Below are positions 10,805 through 21,655 of a stretch of DNA of 64,000 bases, piece after piece. How positions within the stretch are numbered: the stretch's first letter is position 1; every line of letters begins with the position of its first letter. The notes beneath the pieces are model-generated. The model did no database searches, was not told where the DNA came from, and saw only the letters and a program-made list of their open reading frames with translations. Made by a program: the position numbers and the translations under genes. This DNA is from Aureliella sp. Its GTDB lineage: Bacteria > Planctomycetota > Planctomycetia > Pirellulales > Pirellulaceae. Location of the stretch: the NCBI GenBank assembly GCA_963691875.1, contig OY829846.1, positions 1,632,001-1,696,000 on the forward strand, in the 5' to 3' direction.

Positions 10805-10832
10805 TTTCCTCGCTCACGCTTCGGGTTGTGAT
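10805..10832. repeat. REP-like extragenic repeat, family A
   Basis: TTTCCTCGCTCACGCTTCGGGTTGTGAT matches 939-966; lies just past the thrC stop codon. Confidence 0.7.
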
Positions 10833-10852
10833 TTATTGTGCTCATTGGCGGC

Positions 10853-12100
10853 CTACAACCGCATAGCTTCCCAGTCGATGGGCGCATGGCGATCGAGGCT
10901 TCGGTTCGCCTCAGGCATGGGATACTTGAGACCAGTTGCACAGTTGAACAGCACAGCAGACTCTTGCTTGTCGATGCGTCCCGATGCGATTTCTTGTTGG
11001 TAAGCTGCAAGAGTTCCTGCGCCTTCCGGACAGAGCAACACACCCGTCTTTTGTGCCGCTTCTTTTTGAGCCTTGATGATCAAATCGTCGCTCACTGCAC
11101 ACGCAAATCCGTTGCTTTCACGAACCGCACCCAGAATCAGAAAATCCCCGACCGCTGCAGGTACTCGAATTCCGGCTGCCACAGTAGAAGCGTCTTCCCA
11201 GACCTCTGCGTGTCGTTGATTTTCTTCAAAAGCCTTCACCATCGGAGCACAGCCTTCAGCTTGAACGGCAATCATTCGCGGCAGCTTGCCAGTGACCCAG
11301 CCCATTTGCTGAAGTTCTTGAAAAGCTTTCCACATCCCGATCAAGCCCGTGCCGCCGCCGGTAGGATACAGAATTACATCGGGGAGCTCCCAGCCGAACT
11401 GCTCGGCGAGCTCCAGGCCCATCGTCTTTTTGCCTTCGATACGATACGGTTCTTTCAGCGTTGACAAATCGAACCATTGCATCGGTTCTTTGCCTTGCCC
11501 TACCAGTTTTCCGCAGTCGTGGATCAGACCATTGACGCGCCAGACCTTGGCCCCTTGGAGTTCAATTTCGCGCACGTTGACTTCAGGCGTGTCTTCTGGG
11601 CAAAAAACAAAGGCCTCGATTCCAACTGACGAAGCATAAGCAGCCAATGCTGCTCCAGCATTCCCATTAGTCGGCATGGCGATGCGTTTAACGCCAAGCT
11701 CCTTGGCCATCGAAACGGCCATGCATAGACCTCGAGCCTTAAATGAGCCGGTTGGGAGACGCCCTTCATCTTTAACCCAAACACGTCCAGATCCAGCTGC
11801 AAACGTCGCAGTTTCGATAAGTGGCGTAGTGATTTCGCCGAGCCGAGCGATATTCTCGCTACGCCGGACCGGCAAGAGTTCGCGATAACGCCACAGCTCG
11901 GCAGGGCGTTGGGTCAGCGCTTGCTTGTCGAGCGAAGCTGCAACTGCTTCTAAGTTGTAGCGGACCAACAGCGGTCGCCCTGCCTTGCTCAGCCCATGCA
12001 GCTCATCTGAGGGATAGTGATCACCTTCCAACCCACACTCGAGGTGTGAGACAAAGGTGGGAAAATCACGAGCAAAGAAACTCTCATCCACAGGTGACAT
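10853..12100 (-). CDS. thrC: Threonine synthase (PLP fold type II)
   Basis: LWRYRELLP, KDEGRLPTGSFKARG (PLP Lys), NGNAGAA, EGKKTMGLELAEQ, PTGGGTG; start could extend to 12121. Confidence 0.88.
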   Translation of the reverse strand: MSPVDESFFARDFPTFVSHLECGLEGDHYPSDELHGLSKAGRPLLVRYNLEAVAASLDKQALTQRPAELWRYRELLPVRRSENIARLGEITTPLIETATFAAGSGRVWVKDEGRLPTGSFKARGLCMAVSMAKELGVKRIAMPTNGNAGAALAAYASSVGIEAFVFCPEDTPEVNVREIELQGAKVWRVNGLIHDCGKLVGQGKEPMQWFDLSTLKEPYRIEGKKTMGLELAEQFGWELPDVILYPTGGGTGLIGMWKAFQELQQMGWVTGKLPRMIAVQAEGCAPMVKAFEENQRHAEVWEDASTVAAGIRVPAAVGDFLILGAVRESNGFACAVSDDLIIKAQKEAAQKTGVLLCPEGAGTLAAYQQEIASGRIDKQESAVLFNCATGLKYPMPEANRSLDRHAPIDWEAMRL

Positions 12101-13063
12101 GCTAGAACGCCTTGAGGTCAACAGAACTAAATCTCAAAGCCAACTAGCCTAGCGGCATCCTCTCGCTCCGCAAAGTGGCGTTGGCCTCCTGACTGTGGCC
12201 TACCCCAACTACCAACCACAACCTTTCTGAACATGCTTGTGCGCTAGACACAGTCACTAGCCCAGCAAGATCTACTGACAGACTTCCCGATTTCTTCGAC
12301 TTAGCGTGCCTTTGCCCGGGATTGCAAAGACGACTCGCTAGATGCTCTCGCCGTGTTGCGCCAATGCAGACTTCGCTATCGCAGCAGACATGTCGGGATC
12401 TCCACCGAACGCACCACAGCTCCTAGCTCCTAGCAGGGGTTCCGTATGTGCGACAGCTCGAGCGATATTCAACACGTTTGTCCAACATCACTCGAAATAG
12501 GAACGCTCCCAAACCTCATAATCTCATCCTTCAACGGGGCTCAAGAAAAGATCCCGATACCATCTTCACCTTTCCAGTGATTGTGAGACCGCCATGTAGT
12601 TCAGCCAGAGACTCGGCAAACCGATCATCTTGGTAGTGAATTCCGCCAGCATGTATCGAAATGGTTTCGAATTTTTTCGGCCTGCCGACCGAGTTTGGCT
12701 GACTGATCACGTCCCTCCAGAATACTTGTCTTTTCCGTAGTTTTGCAACGCAGCGACTATCACTTCACTCTTTTCGTTGCATTGACGCTCCTTCCGCAAC
12801 AACTCCTCCATTGCGGCAACCAAAACCTGGCGACCATGGCGTTTCAGGGGGTGGACTATTCTTTCCCCCACAGACTACGCAGTCCTCTGTGTTTCCGAGC
12901 AGTTGCGTTCATCCAAATTACAAGATTGCGTGAAGCTTTGCGAAAGCGAACGGGACACTTGCCTCGCCAAGGTTGGAGGCTTATGTGAAGTGGGGCAATA
13001 ACTTGTCTTGGATCATAAAATCAACAAACGTTATCAAGCTGTTCATCAATTGGGAGAAGGATC

Positions 13064-14533
13064 ATGCTTCGTACCTCGTCACCCAAATACGGGCAAATTG
13101 TTTATCGCCGCTACTCGATGATTGCTGCGATCGGACTCGCATTACTTATCCCCCAAACCGCGGGTCTCGCGCAAGTCACCTCCGACGCGTCTTTGATTCG
13201 AGTCGATCAGCTTTCACAGTCTTTCCGCGGCGTAGCAAAGAAGCTCAAGCCATCTGTGGTGACCGTCAAGAGTTTGGTCTCGAATCGAATGCGTGTTTCC
13301 TCACGCGATTCGCTCCGGCAATTTTTTTCCGATGATGTGCTTGAAGAGTTACTGCGTCGTGACTTAGATCGCGGTGCAAATGAAGAAAAGATCCAAGCTG
13401 GACTGGGATCTGGCGTCATTGTCTCCAGCGACGGATACATTCTGACCAACAACCACGTTGTTTCTCAAGCCGACGAGCTGCAAATAGAACTCAGCGACGG
13501 CCGCAACTTTACTGCCGAGATTATCGGGACGGACAAAAAGAGTGACGTCGCCGTTCTCAAAATTGACGCGAACAACTTGGTACCAGCTGAACTTGGTGAC
13601 TCATCCCGAATGCAAGTTGGAGATTGGGTGATCGCCATTGGCAGTCCCTTCGGGCTGCAACAGACCGTTACAGCTGGCATCATTTCCGCGACACACCGTC
13701 AAGCGGATATCCTTAGCGATGGCTACGAGGACTTCATTCAAACCGACGCAGCCATCAACCCCGGCAATAGCGGCGGTCCCCTCGTGAACATGCGTGGGCA
13801 AGTCATTGGAGTCAACACGGCGATCAATAGTCGAACCGGAACGAACGCTGGAATCGGTTTTGCGATACCCAGCAACATGGCGGGACCGATTGTACAAGAC
13901 TTGCGCACCAGTGGTCGTGTTGTCCGTGGCTACATTGGTGCGAGCCTAGCCGACATCACGCCCGAGAATGCCTCCGAGTATGGATTGCCGAGCACGGTCA
14001 CTCGTGGCTCCGTGATCCGGCAAGTACAGGAAGGTCAGGCGGCTCAGAAGGCTCTGCTTCGGGTGGGAGATGTTGTGACGAAGGTTGGGCAGACTGCGAT
14101 CCGCTCGACCGCTAATCTACGAAACAAGATTGCATCGAGTCGTCCTGGAACCAAACTGGCACTCGAAGTCTACCGGCGCGGACGTCCCATCCAAATTGAC
14201 GTAACACTTGGCGAATTGAGCGAAGATATACTGCAAGAGATGGAATACGGACCGTTCGTCGAAGAGTTCGCGATTCGCGTCAAGCCAGTTCCACAGCTTC
14301 AGCAACGTCGCTTAGGGATTGATGGCGGAGTATTCATCACTTCAATCAATCGCGGTGGTAAAGGCTTTAGCACAGGATTGCGGCTGGAAGATGTAATCGT
14401 CGAGTATGGTGGGCAAGAGATTCAAAATGCAGTCGATCTGAAGTCGGCGATTGAGTCTAAAGGGCTGGGCGCAAAGATGCTCATCCTTCGCGGTAACCAG
14501 CTCTGGCAGATCAGCGAGTCACGCGATCGGTAA
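13064..14533 (+). CDS. htrA: Do/DegP/HtrA family serine endoprotease with two PDZ domains
   Basis: GSGVIVS, LTNNHVV, SDVAVLKI, IQTDAAINPGNSGGPLVN catalytic motifs; signal peptide. Confidence 0.93.
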   Translation: MLRTSSPKYGQIVYRRYSMIAAIGLALLIPQTAGLAQVTSDASLIRVDQLSQSFRGVAKKLKPSVVTVKSLVSNRMRVSSRDSLRQFFSDDVLEELLRRDLDRGANEEKIQAGLGSGVIVSSDGYILTNNHVVSQADELQIELSDGRNFTAEIIGTDKKSDVAVLKIDANNLVPAELGDSSRMQVGDWVIAIGSPFGLQQTVTAGIISATHRQADILSDGYEDFIQTDAAINPGNSGGPLVNMRGQVIGVNTAINSRTGTNAGIGFAIPSNMAGPIVQDLRTSGRVVRGYIGASLADITPENASEYGLPSTVTRGSVIRQVQEGQAAQKALLRVGDVVTKVGQTAIRSTANLRNKIASSRPGTKLALEVYRRGRPIQIDVTLGELSEDILQEMEYGPFVEEFAIRVKPVPQLQQRRLGIDGGVFITSINRGGKGFSTGLRLEDVIVEYGGQEIQNAVDLKSAIESKGLGAKMLILRGNQLWQISESRDR

Positions 14534-14759
14534 GTTCTCCGGGAGTCACTCTTGCTAGTTTCTTCCCCGTCCCTCTCCGAATTCATGAGGAATTCAGGGA
14601 GGGTCGTAGCCGGAGCGAAGGGGAGGGAACCACAGAGCTGCTCATCCTCATCTTCCATTCCTTGATCTTACAACGTCGCGCGAAGGCGAGCTGACAAACA
14701 AATCACACTTGCGGGGCCAGCGACTTAAGGAGAAGCGAAGCTTGACGTAATTGCAGACT

Positions 14760-15371
14760 TCATTCTCCGCATTCTTTTTTAAACTGTGCGAGGAACTGAC
14801 GCATGAATTGTTCTCGCTCTTCTGCCAGCCTACAACCAGCAACTGTATTCATCAGCTTTTTCAGGTGAAACAGTTTCTCGTGAAAGTGTCCGATACCCGT
14901 CTTAGCTTCAGGCCGCGACGGATCGTAGAACGGCTGGTCGAAGGATGCCCCGTACTCAATGGTGCGGACAATTCCGATTGCTCCGAGTGCATCGAGCCGA
15001 TCCGCGTCTTGGACGACTTGTCCTTCGGTTGAAAGTGGCTCGGCTGTCTCGCGTTTGCGAAAAGAAATATTGTCCACAATGTGGGCGACATGATCGATGA
15101 CTGCCTGCGAAGCCCGAAGCCTGACGAGCATTTCACGCGCGAACTCACCGCTGCGTTCCACCCCATCGTAAAACTTGGCGTCCCCCAGGTCATGTAGCAA
15201 GGCCGCTAGCTCAATGATGAAGCCTTCGCCGCCGACTTCTGCCGCAATCTCTTTCGCGTTGCGCCAAACACGCTCGACGTGATCCCAGCCATGCCCAGCT
15301 CCTTGAGTGGACATTCGCTCTCGCACCTCCGAATGGACTCGATCGAGAATTCCTTGTTGTACTTCATCCAT
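14760..15371 (-). CDS. HD-domain phosphohydrolase
   Basis: HGWDHVERV, AALLHD, VQDADRLDALGAIG motifs. Confidence 0.9.
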   Translation of the reverse strand: MDEVQQGILDRVHSEVRERMSTQGAGHGWDHVERVWRNAKEIAAEVGGEGFIIELAALLHDLGDAKFYDGVERSGEFAREMLVRLRASQAVIDHVAHIVDNISFRKRETAEPLSTEGQVVQDADRLDALGAIGIVRTIEYGASFDQPFYDPSRPEAKTGIGHFHEKLFHLKKLMNTVAGCRLAEEREQFMRQFLAQFKKECGE

Positions 15372-15606
15372 GAAATCGGTTCCTGGTTGCAAAACACAAG
15401 CTGAAGACACTTTTAAAATGGTAAGCCAGTGCGAACGCCGGAATTGCTTCGCCCCAGTAGGCCCGGCTTTCCGCTATCACGAAAGTTCGCAAAGAGACTA
15501 CAATAAACGGACTCACCTCAACACCTCCCCCATTGGCTGAATCCCTTCAGCCTTCGCAGATCGTTGTAGAACCTGCGAGATCCCTTTCTCCAACAGGCAA
15601 ATAGCC

Positions 15607-18348
15607 TTGTTCGAACAAGAACGGTTCGCCGTGCGAGTTTCTTCTTTCCTATGCTCGAATCCAACGAGCTTGGCTCTCTTGTTTACCTGCCTGCTAGCCT
15701 CAGTAGCAACAAACGCGTCTGCGCAAAATGCCGCTGTCGCGAATGTTGCTGCGAGCATCGACTCGAAGGAAGAACCACCACATGATCTGCAAGCACTAAA
15801 GCCTTGGGGCGCCGCTCGCTCAAGATTTTTGAAGGTTGACGATAGAACAATTCATACCGGTACGCCGCCCGAGCCGCGAGTTGATTTGTTCCGCAAAGAA
15901 ATTGCTCCCGTACTCAACAAAGCCTGTGCAGATTGTCACGGCGTGGACGATGAAGATGGACGCTTTCGTATCGGCGAGCTAAATCCAGACTTGTTCGCTG
16001 GTCCCGACGTGGCGTGGTGGCTCGAGATTCTGGATCTTATTTCGAATAAAGAGATGCCACCTGACGATGGCGAGCCGCTAGAGGACGAGCAGCGAACTAA
16101 GATCGTGGATTGGCTATCCACTGAACTGCAGCTTGCTTCCCAAGTACGGCGTGACGCGGCGGGACAATCGGCCTTTCGCCGAATGACACGTTACGAGTTC
16201 AACTACGCGTTGCAGGACTTGTTGGGGCTGTCATACAACTTCGTGCACGATTTGCCACCTGATCCAATTAACGAGGAAGGCTTCCACAACGATGCTTCTT
16301 CTTTGCAGATGTCGGCGACACAACTCGAACTCTATCGGGAGTTGGCTCGCAAAGCACTCTTGAAAACAGCCTCGTTCGGTCCTCAGCCTGCCCCTGTGTT
16401 CTGGTCAATCTCGATGAGCAAGGGCGTGGAGCAGTCGAAGGCCAAGTATGAGGCAGATGTTGCCAAGGCCCAGAAAAAACACGCTGATGACGCGGAAGAA
16501 TTCTCCAAGGCATTAGAGAAACTAAAGAAGAAGTACAGTTCTTCGCATCGGGGACCCTATTTCCGCCATCTCGAAACGGGTCTCACAGACCGAATCAGTT
16601 GGAGTTACAGAGGCGCGAAACATGCCTGGGCTACGACAGGTAAGCTACCCGAGGAAACGCCCAGTTCCGATGTGGTTAGTATCCTTCCAGTCCAGCAGAA
16701 GTGGATCGTCGAACTTGGAAATCGAGTGCCAGATCGTGGCGACTTGAAAATCCGAATCCTTGCATCACGTGATGAAGATGAGTCGCCGGGGAACCCGAGC
16801 TTGCGACTAGAATTTGGATTTCAAGCTAGTAACAACTCCTCCGCCTCAGCTTTTGTTTCCCCAAACGACTTAGTAATCGAAGCTCCAGCGGGGAAACCGC
16901 AATTCTACGAGTGGCGAATTCCAACCAGCGAAATGCCGATACGCAATCCGATGCGTCGAACCGGTCAGATGGGTAAGACGCCGAGTCCTTCGGAGTATCT
17001 GAAGCTTTACAATTCGTCGATCTCGAACGGTGCCGCTCGGATTTACTACATCGAGGTCTCTGCGGATTATGCGACTTGGCCAACACCGTCGCATCGCAAG
17101 TTGTTCCCGTCGTTCGTAACAAATGACGAGTCATCGTTCGCCCGACAGCATTTAAGCAGGTTTATCCGATCGACTTGGCGAAGGCCTGCCACCAAAATGG
17201 AGCTCGAACAGAAGGTTTCCTTGTTTGAACGGCTGCGGCCAGTTTTCAACACTGCCGAAGAAACCTTGCTGGAAGTGTACGCTACCATCCTTTCTTCGCC
17301 CAATTTCTTGTACTTGGCTGCCGGGAGCCCGAAAAGTCAGCATGACGCGACATTGATCGCAACACGTCTTGCCACATTCCTTCACTGCAGCTTGCCCGAC
17401 GAACAGCTCATCGGACTTGCCCAATCCGGTGAGCTCTTGAAGCCTCAGGTGTTAGAGCAGGAAACTCGGCGGTTGCTGGCTGATTCACGAAGTCGTCGAT
17501 TTGCAGAACAGTTCACGCGTCAGTGGCTGGGGATGGAGATGCTGGATTACCTCGAGGTCAATCGCAAAGATTTTCCACACTGGGACCCGTTCTTAAAGGA
17601 AGCGATGCGAGAAGAGCCAATCGCATTTCTTCAAGAGGTGCTGCAACAAAACGCGAGTGTGCTTGATTTCCTGCATGCTGACTACGCAATGATCAACGAC
17701 CGGTTGTCGCGACATTACGGGATTCCTGAAGTGCACGGTAGTCACTTCCGACGCATGGAAATACCAGAACGCTTACAGCGCGGCGGCCTGCTCACTCAGG
17801 CCGGGTTGCTGGCGATGAACTCGGATGGAGTTCACTCGCATCCTCTCAAACGCGGCATCTGGTTACTTTCACGCCTTTTGGATGATCCACCGCCGCCCCC
17901 GCCGCCATCGGTGCCGGAGATCGATTTGGCAGATCCAGGGATAGCGAAAATGACGCTCAAAGAGAGGCTGGAAGATCATCGTAATGATCCTGCCTGTTAT
18001 TCCTGTCACGCGAAAATCGATCCATGGGGCGTCGCTTTCGAAAACTATGATGCCGTGGGAAGTTGGCGTTCAAGAATCAAGGGAGCAGAGGTCGACGCGT
18101 CCAGTAAGCTGTTCAACGGCGAACCGTTGGAAGGCATGCAGGGACTCAAGCGATACTTGCTGCAGCGACGCCAAGATCAGTTTGTCCGCGCAATGGTCAG
18201 TAAGTTAGCCACTTTCGCGGTGGGACGCCCGCTTCGATTTGAAGACAGGGCCGAAATTGATGCGATTGCAGCTGAGCTACGGCGCAAGGGGGATGGATTG
18301 CAGGACGCGATTCTGCTGTTGGTTCAGAGCGATTTGTTTCGAGGTTAG
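15607..18348 (+). CDS. DUF1592-family planctomycete protein with cytochrome c motifs (DUF1587/1595/1592/1588/1585 architecture)
   Basis: CADCH and CYSCH CxxCH motifs, RRMTRYEFNY, LSSPNFLY, RGGLLTQAG, HPLKRGIW; exact start uncertain. Confidence 0.9.
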   Translation: MFEQERFAVRVSSFLCSNPTSLALLFTCLLASVATNASAQNAAVANVAASIDSKEEPPHDLQALKPWGAARSRFLKVDDRTIHTGTPPEPRVDLFRKEIAPVLNKACADCHGVDDEDGRFRIGELNPDLFAGPDVAWWLEILDLISNKEMPPDDGEPLEDEQRTKIVDWLSTELQLASQVRRDAAGQSAFRRMTRYEFNYALQDLLGLSYNFVHDLPPDPINEEGFHNDASSLQMSATQLELYRELARKALLKTASFGPQPAPVFWSISMSKGVEQSKAKYEADVAKAQKKHADDAEEFSKALEKLKKKYSSSHRGPYFRHLETGLTDRISWSYRGAKHAWATTGKLPEETPSSDVVSILPVQQKWIVELGNRVPDRGDLKIRILASRDEDESPGNPSLRLEFGFQASNNSSASAFVSPNDLVIEAPAGKPQFYEWRIPTSEMPIRNPMRRTGQMGKTPSPSEYLKLYNSSISNGAARIYYIEVSADYATWPTPSHRKLFPSFVTNDESSFARQHLSRFIRSTWRRPATKMELEQKVSLFERLRPVFNTAEETLLEVYATILSSPNFLYLAAGSPKSQHDATLIATRLATFLHCSLPDEQLIGLAQSGELLKPQVLEQETRRLLADSRSRRFAEQFTRQWLGMEMLDYLEVNRKDFPHWDPFLKEAMREEPIAFLQEVLQQNASVLDFLHADYAMINDRLSRHYGIPEVHGSHFRRMEIPERLQRGGLLTQAGLLAMNSDGVHSHPLKRGIWLLSRLLDDPPPPPPPSVPEIDLADPGIAKMTLKERLEDHRNDPACYSCHAKIDPWGVAFENYDAVGSWRSRIKGAEVDASSKLFNGEPLEGMQGLKRYLLQRRQDQFVRAMVSKLATFAVGRPLRFEDRAEIDAIAAELRRKGDGLQDAILLLVQSDLFRG

Positions 18349-18403
18349 CAGTTCAATCTTTCACTAAAATGGTGGCATGAGCTGTCGTGATGGAGAAGTC
18401 TAG

Positions 18404-19837
18404 ATGACGCTGAAAAGTCTTTCTCAAGTTGACCGCCGTTTATTCTTGCGTGGCGCGGGAATCGCCCTGGCTTTGCCTGCCTTCGAAACTTTCGGTAAAG
18501 TTTCGTTCGCGACTGCGAAGTCCGGCGCTTCAGATGAGAAGCGGGCCCCACCCAAGCGTCTGGCTTGCTTTTACATGCCCGATGGCGTGCCAATGCCTCT
18601 GCAAGAGGATCCTGCATTTCAGGACTGGAGTTGGTTTCCGCACGGCGAGGGGAAAGATTTTCAGCTTACAAAGTGCCTAGAACCACTCGGTGCCGTTTCT
18701 GAGAACTTGACGGTGCTTTCCGGACTTTCGCATCCAGCAGCCCGCAGCATCCACGGGCACTCGAACGCAGATCAGTTCTTAACCGGTGCTGCAACCGGCG
18801 GACATGGCGACTACCAAAATTCCATTTCTCTGGACCAACGCTATGCTCAATTCATAGGCGACGAGACGCGGATTGCGTCGATGGTTCTATCCACGGATGG
18901 AGGAACAGGAACGCCGCGTGGGACGCATACGATGTCCTTTGATCGCAGCGGTAGAGCGATTCCGGCGGAGCACAAGCCAAAGCGGATTTTTGACATGCTT
19001 TTCGTCAAACAAGGTGAGGATGCGGCTCGACGCTTGGCCGTTAGTAAGAGTGCTCTGGACGATCTTATGGAAGACGCGAACAACTTGAGGCGTTCGCTCT
19101 CCAAACCCGATCAAGCGAAACTAGAAGAGTATTTGCAGGCGCTACGAGACACTGAGCTCAAGGTCGCTAAGGCAAAGCGTTGGATGGATTTGCCGATTCC
19201 GGAGGCGAACGTCGATCATCTCAACTTGGACGTTACGCCAGAGGATCCTCGCAACTATCTACAGACGATGTTCGAGCTCATTTACATGGCCTTCAAGACA
19301 GATACGACTCGAGTCGCGACCTATCAGATCGGCCGTGAAAACGGTGTGGGAGTAAGTGACTACATGGCTCGAGCCATTGGCTTCAACTTGACACACCAGC
19401 TTTCGCATCAAACCAAAGAACCGGAAGGCTGGAAGAACTTTGGTTCTTACAATCGATTCCTGGCTGAAGAACTCTGTCGCTTTGCAAAGAAGCTAAAGGC
19501 TACGCCGGAGGAGAATCAAGAGGGCAACATGCTCGATCATACATTGTTGCTGTTTGGTTCGGCTTCGAGTGCTTTCCACCTATCCCGCAATTATCCGCTC
19601 GTTCTGATCGGCGGCAATCGATTGGGCTTCGAGCACAATCAATACTTAAAGTGCGGTATCTATCCCGAGGGCGGACAGCCTGCAGGTGGAGCATGGAAGG
19701 GCGGACGCGAGCCTTGGCAAAAAGAAATGAATCATCAAGAACGACCACTCGGCGATCTATTCCTCACCATGCTCAATCGACTCGGCGTCGAAACCCAATC
19801 CTTTGCCGGCAGCCAAGCCCCACTCGACAGCGTTTGA
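18404..19837 (+). CDS. DUF1552 family protein, Tat-exported
   Basis: DRRLFLRGAGxxLALP Tat leader, YMPDGV, SISLDQ; canonical partner of DUF1592 genes. Confidence 0.9.
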   Translation: MTLKSLSQVDRRLFLRGAGIALALPAFETFGKVSFATAKSGASDEKRAPPKRLACFYMPDGVPMPLQEDPAFQDWSWFPHGEGKDFQLTKCLEPLGAVSENLTVLSGLSHPAARSIHGHSNADQFLTGAATGGHGDYQNSISLDQRYAQFIGDETRIASMVLSTDGGTGTPRGTHTMSFDRSGRAIPAEHKPKRIFDMLFVKQGEDAARRLAVSKSALDDLMEDANNLRRSLSKPDQAKLEEYLQALRDTELKVAKAKRWMDLPIPEANVDHLNLDVTPEDPRNYLQTMFELIYMAFKTDTTRVATYQIGRENGVGVSDYMARAIGFNLTHQLSHQTKEPEGWKNFGSYNRFLAEELCRFAKKLKATPEENQEGNMLDHTLLLFGSASSAFHLSRNYPLVLIGGNRLGFEHNQYLKCGIYPEGGQPAGGAWKGGREPWQKEMNHQERPLGDLFLTMLNRLGVETQSFAGSQAPLDSV

Positions 19838-19915
19838 TTCAGTCGTTGTGGAAGTTGCAGTACTTTCGTCGCGAAGATCGTAGCGTCAGCGACAGGTCTG
19901 CCGGAGTAGCATGCC

Positions 19916-20401
19916 CTAGCTTGGTTCCCAATCGTTTGCCACAAAGGAAGAATTGTCCTCAGTGAAACAGAACGCGAGTTTCTCGGACTCAGGTGCGTCG
20001 TCGACTTCATTGAGGTGGCTGTTAAGCAAATCCAGATTCGTTTGCGAATCTTGTGCGTGATCCGGACGGGCAATTGAGGCGATTTCATCTGCGAACCCAC
20101 ATTGTTCCAGGGCGATTAGCTCCACGAGCTCTTGTTCGGACTGGAGAGTTACTTCAGACTGTAGTTCGCTTTGTTCGCTAAAGAGGAATCGAGCAAAGTC
20201 AGACGCAAGGACCGTGTCGACGAGTTCGCCGCTCGGTGTGCTCGTTGTATGTGAGGGATCGGCAGCAGAAGGTTTCTCGTCGGCTGGCAAGAAGAATCGG
20301 AGTTCGTCATTGCGATCGAGACTAGCAATCTCCCGACGCTCGCCTTGCAATTCTGGATTGCGAAGCAGGTTTTGGAAGAGTTCCTTGGCTGTGCGATTCA
20401 T
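19916..20401 (-). CDS. Acidic hypothetical protein
   Basis: 161-aa ORF with purine-rich RBS-like sequence upstream; no recognised motif. Confidence 0.5.
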   Translation of the reverse strand: MNRTAKELFQNLLRNPELQGERREIASLDRNDELRFFLPADEKPSAADPSHTTSTPSGELVDTVLASDFARFLFSEQSELQSEVTLQSEQELVELIALEQCGFADEIASIARPDHAQDSQTNLDLLNSHLNEVDDAPESEKLAFCFTEDNSSFVANDWEPS

Positions 20402-20769
20402 TGACTACCCCTTTGCTGCTGAATCTCAATTGGTGTACCGGTGCACCTCGCAGCGTAGTTTTGCTCCGAATCCCGATCTCATTACCCAATGGAAAGCTAG
20501 CCCGATTCCGCTGGGCGTGACGGGCGGGCTCAGGATGTAGAGAGGGAATTGAGGAAAAACCCGTAACAATCTCCAGCAAGAAGTTCAGCGGAGCGTGTGA
20601 GACACGTTCTCAGTTGCCGATCTACAGAACAATCGTGAGGATAAGTGCGTGTATCTCAATTCTCGCTCTGTGCTCGTCGGGTTGCATGGGGCGTTGCTTA
20701 GGCTTCGATTTGTTCGCGTCCGCGAAGCTGGCCTTTTTGTCCGGATCAACCCGAGTAGCTTCCTAGCAT

Positions 20770-21039
20770 TCACCAAGCCAGCAACCAAACATGGAACAAG
20801 CTCCCCCAGATGATCGTGTGCATGAACAGCACCCGCTTTAACACATAGCCCAGCGGTTGGTCCGGTTCGCCGTTTCGATCGACATGTCGGATTGGCATGG
20901 CACTGGTTCCTCCGCACCTCGGGCACCGTATCGAACGTTAGAGCCGATAGGATACGGCGCTTTCGGCGATGTCGAACGCTTCCCCACAAGCTGGACAATC
21001 GGCTTTCTGGAATCCAAGGCGATCGTTGATGTTTGGCAT
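20770..21039 (-). pseudogene. Zinc-ribbon (CPAC...CPRC) small membrane protein interrupted by in-frame TAA
   Basis: Reading through TAA at 20938-20940 gives MPNINDRLGFQKADCPACGEAFDIAESAVSYRL*RSIRCPRCGGTSAMP...FMHTIIWGSLFHVWLLAW. Confidence 0.55.
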
Positions 21040-21154
21040 TCCGACTCTCCGCTCTAGACGGCTGCTGCCCCCGCGCCCGGGACGCAGACGTCTCATCAGA
21101 TAGGCCGATTCGCAGGCCAAAGAAATCGGGCCAGTCTTCGATCTCAAAATAGGG

Positions 21155-21211
21155 AATCCCGACGTGTGAGCGAGGGAAACGGTTAGTCCCACGCCGACGT
21201 GTCGAGTTACC
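21155..21211. repeat. Degenerate inverted REP-like pair (family A related)
   Basis: CCCGACGTGTGAGCGAGGGAAA resembles the reverse complement of the family A arm and is followed by a degenerate opposite arm. Confidence 0.45.
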
Positions 21212-21307
21212 ATACGATCATCTCGTCCAAGGTGAATTTGCTTGCCTTGCCAAATACTTCCTCCGCCTTTGCGATAAAGAATGCTCGTTGTAGAATGCGG
21301 GGTGTAA

Positions 21308-21381
21308 GGGGCGGTAGCTCAGTTGGTTAGAGCAGGGAACTCATAATTCCTTGGTCGCGGGTTCAAGTCCTGCCCGCCCTA
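21308..21381 (+). tRNA. tRNA-Ile2 (CAT anticodon, lysidine-modified); elongator Met not fully excluded
   Basis: Cloverleaf GGGGCGG/CCGCCCT, D-arm AGCTCAGTTGGTTAGAGC, anticodon arm GGGAA-CTCATAA-TTCCT, T-loop TTCAAGT; overall pattern resembles Ile2 tRNAs; CCA not encoded. Confidence 0.9.
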
Positions 21382-21390
21382 CTTCATTGC

Positions 21391-21420
21391 AAAGGCCCGG
21401 CAGATAGCTGGGCTTTTTTT
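21391..21420 (+). terminator. Rho-independent terminator after tRNA
   Basis: GGCCCGGC...GCTGGGCT hairpin followed by a T-run. Confidence 0.75.
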
Positions 21421-21655
21421 CTGCGCGGAGCCGAAAAGTTTCTACTCAGTGGATAGCTCCAGAAGTCCCTCTTTATGTGTTGGGCTACTCGGAGGGCCTC
21501 AGGCAGGCACACTTCTAGCGAAGCAAACTACATTATTTGCAGCGAATCGGACGGGGGGGAATCCATGACCTTGGCGAAAAACGAACGTGACTCCACCCAT
21601 TTACATAGCTAGAATTCGTCGATGTCGGGCAAGCCAATTCACGAGGAGGCGGAAA

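Noticed and set aside
12122..13063. Long ORF-poor gap between thrC and htrA (similar gaps at 3641-4691, 31890-32950 and 44010-44560)
   Set aside because: No riboswitch, ncRNA or protein motif I could recognise; an Rfam or tBLASTx search would be needed.
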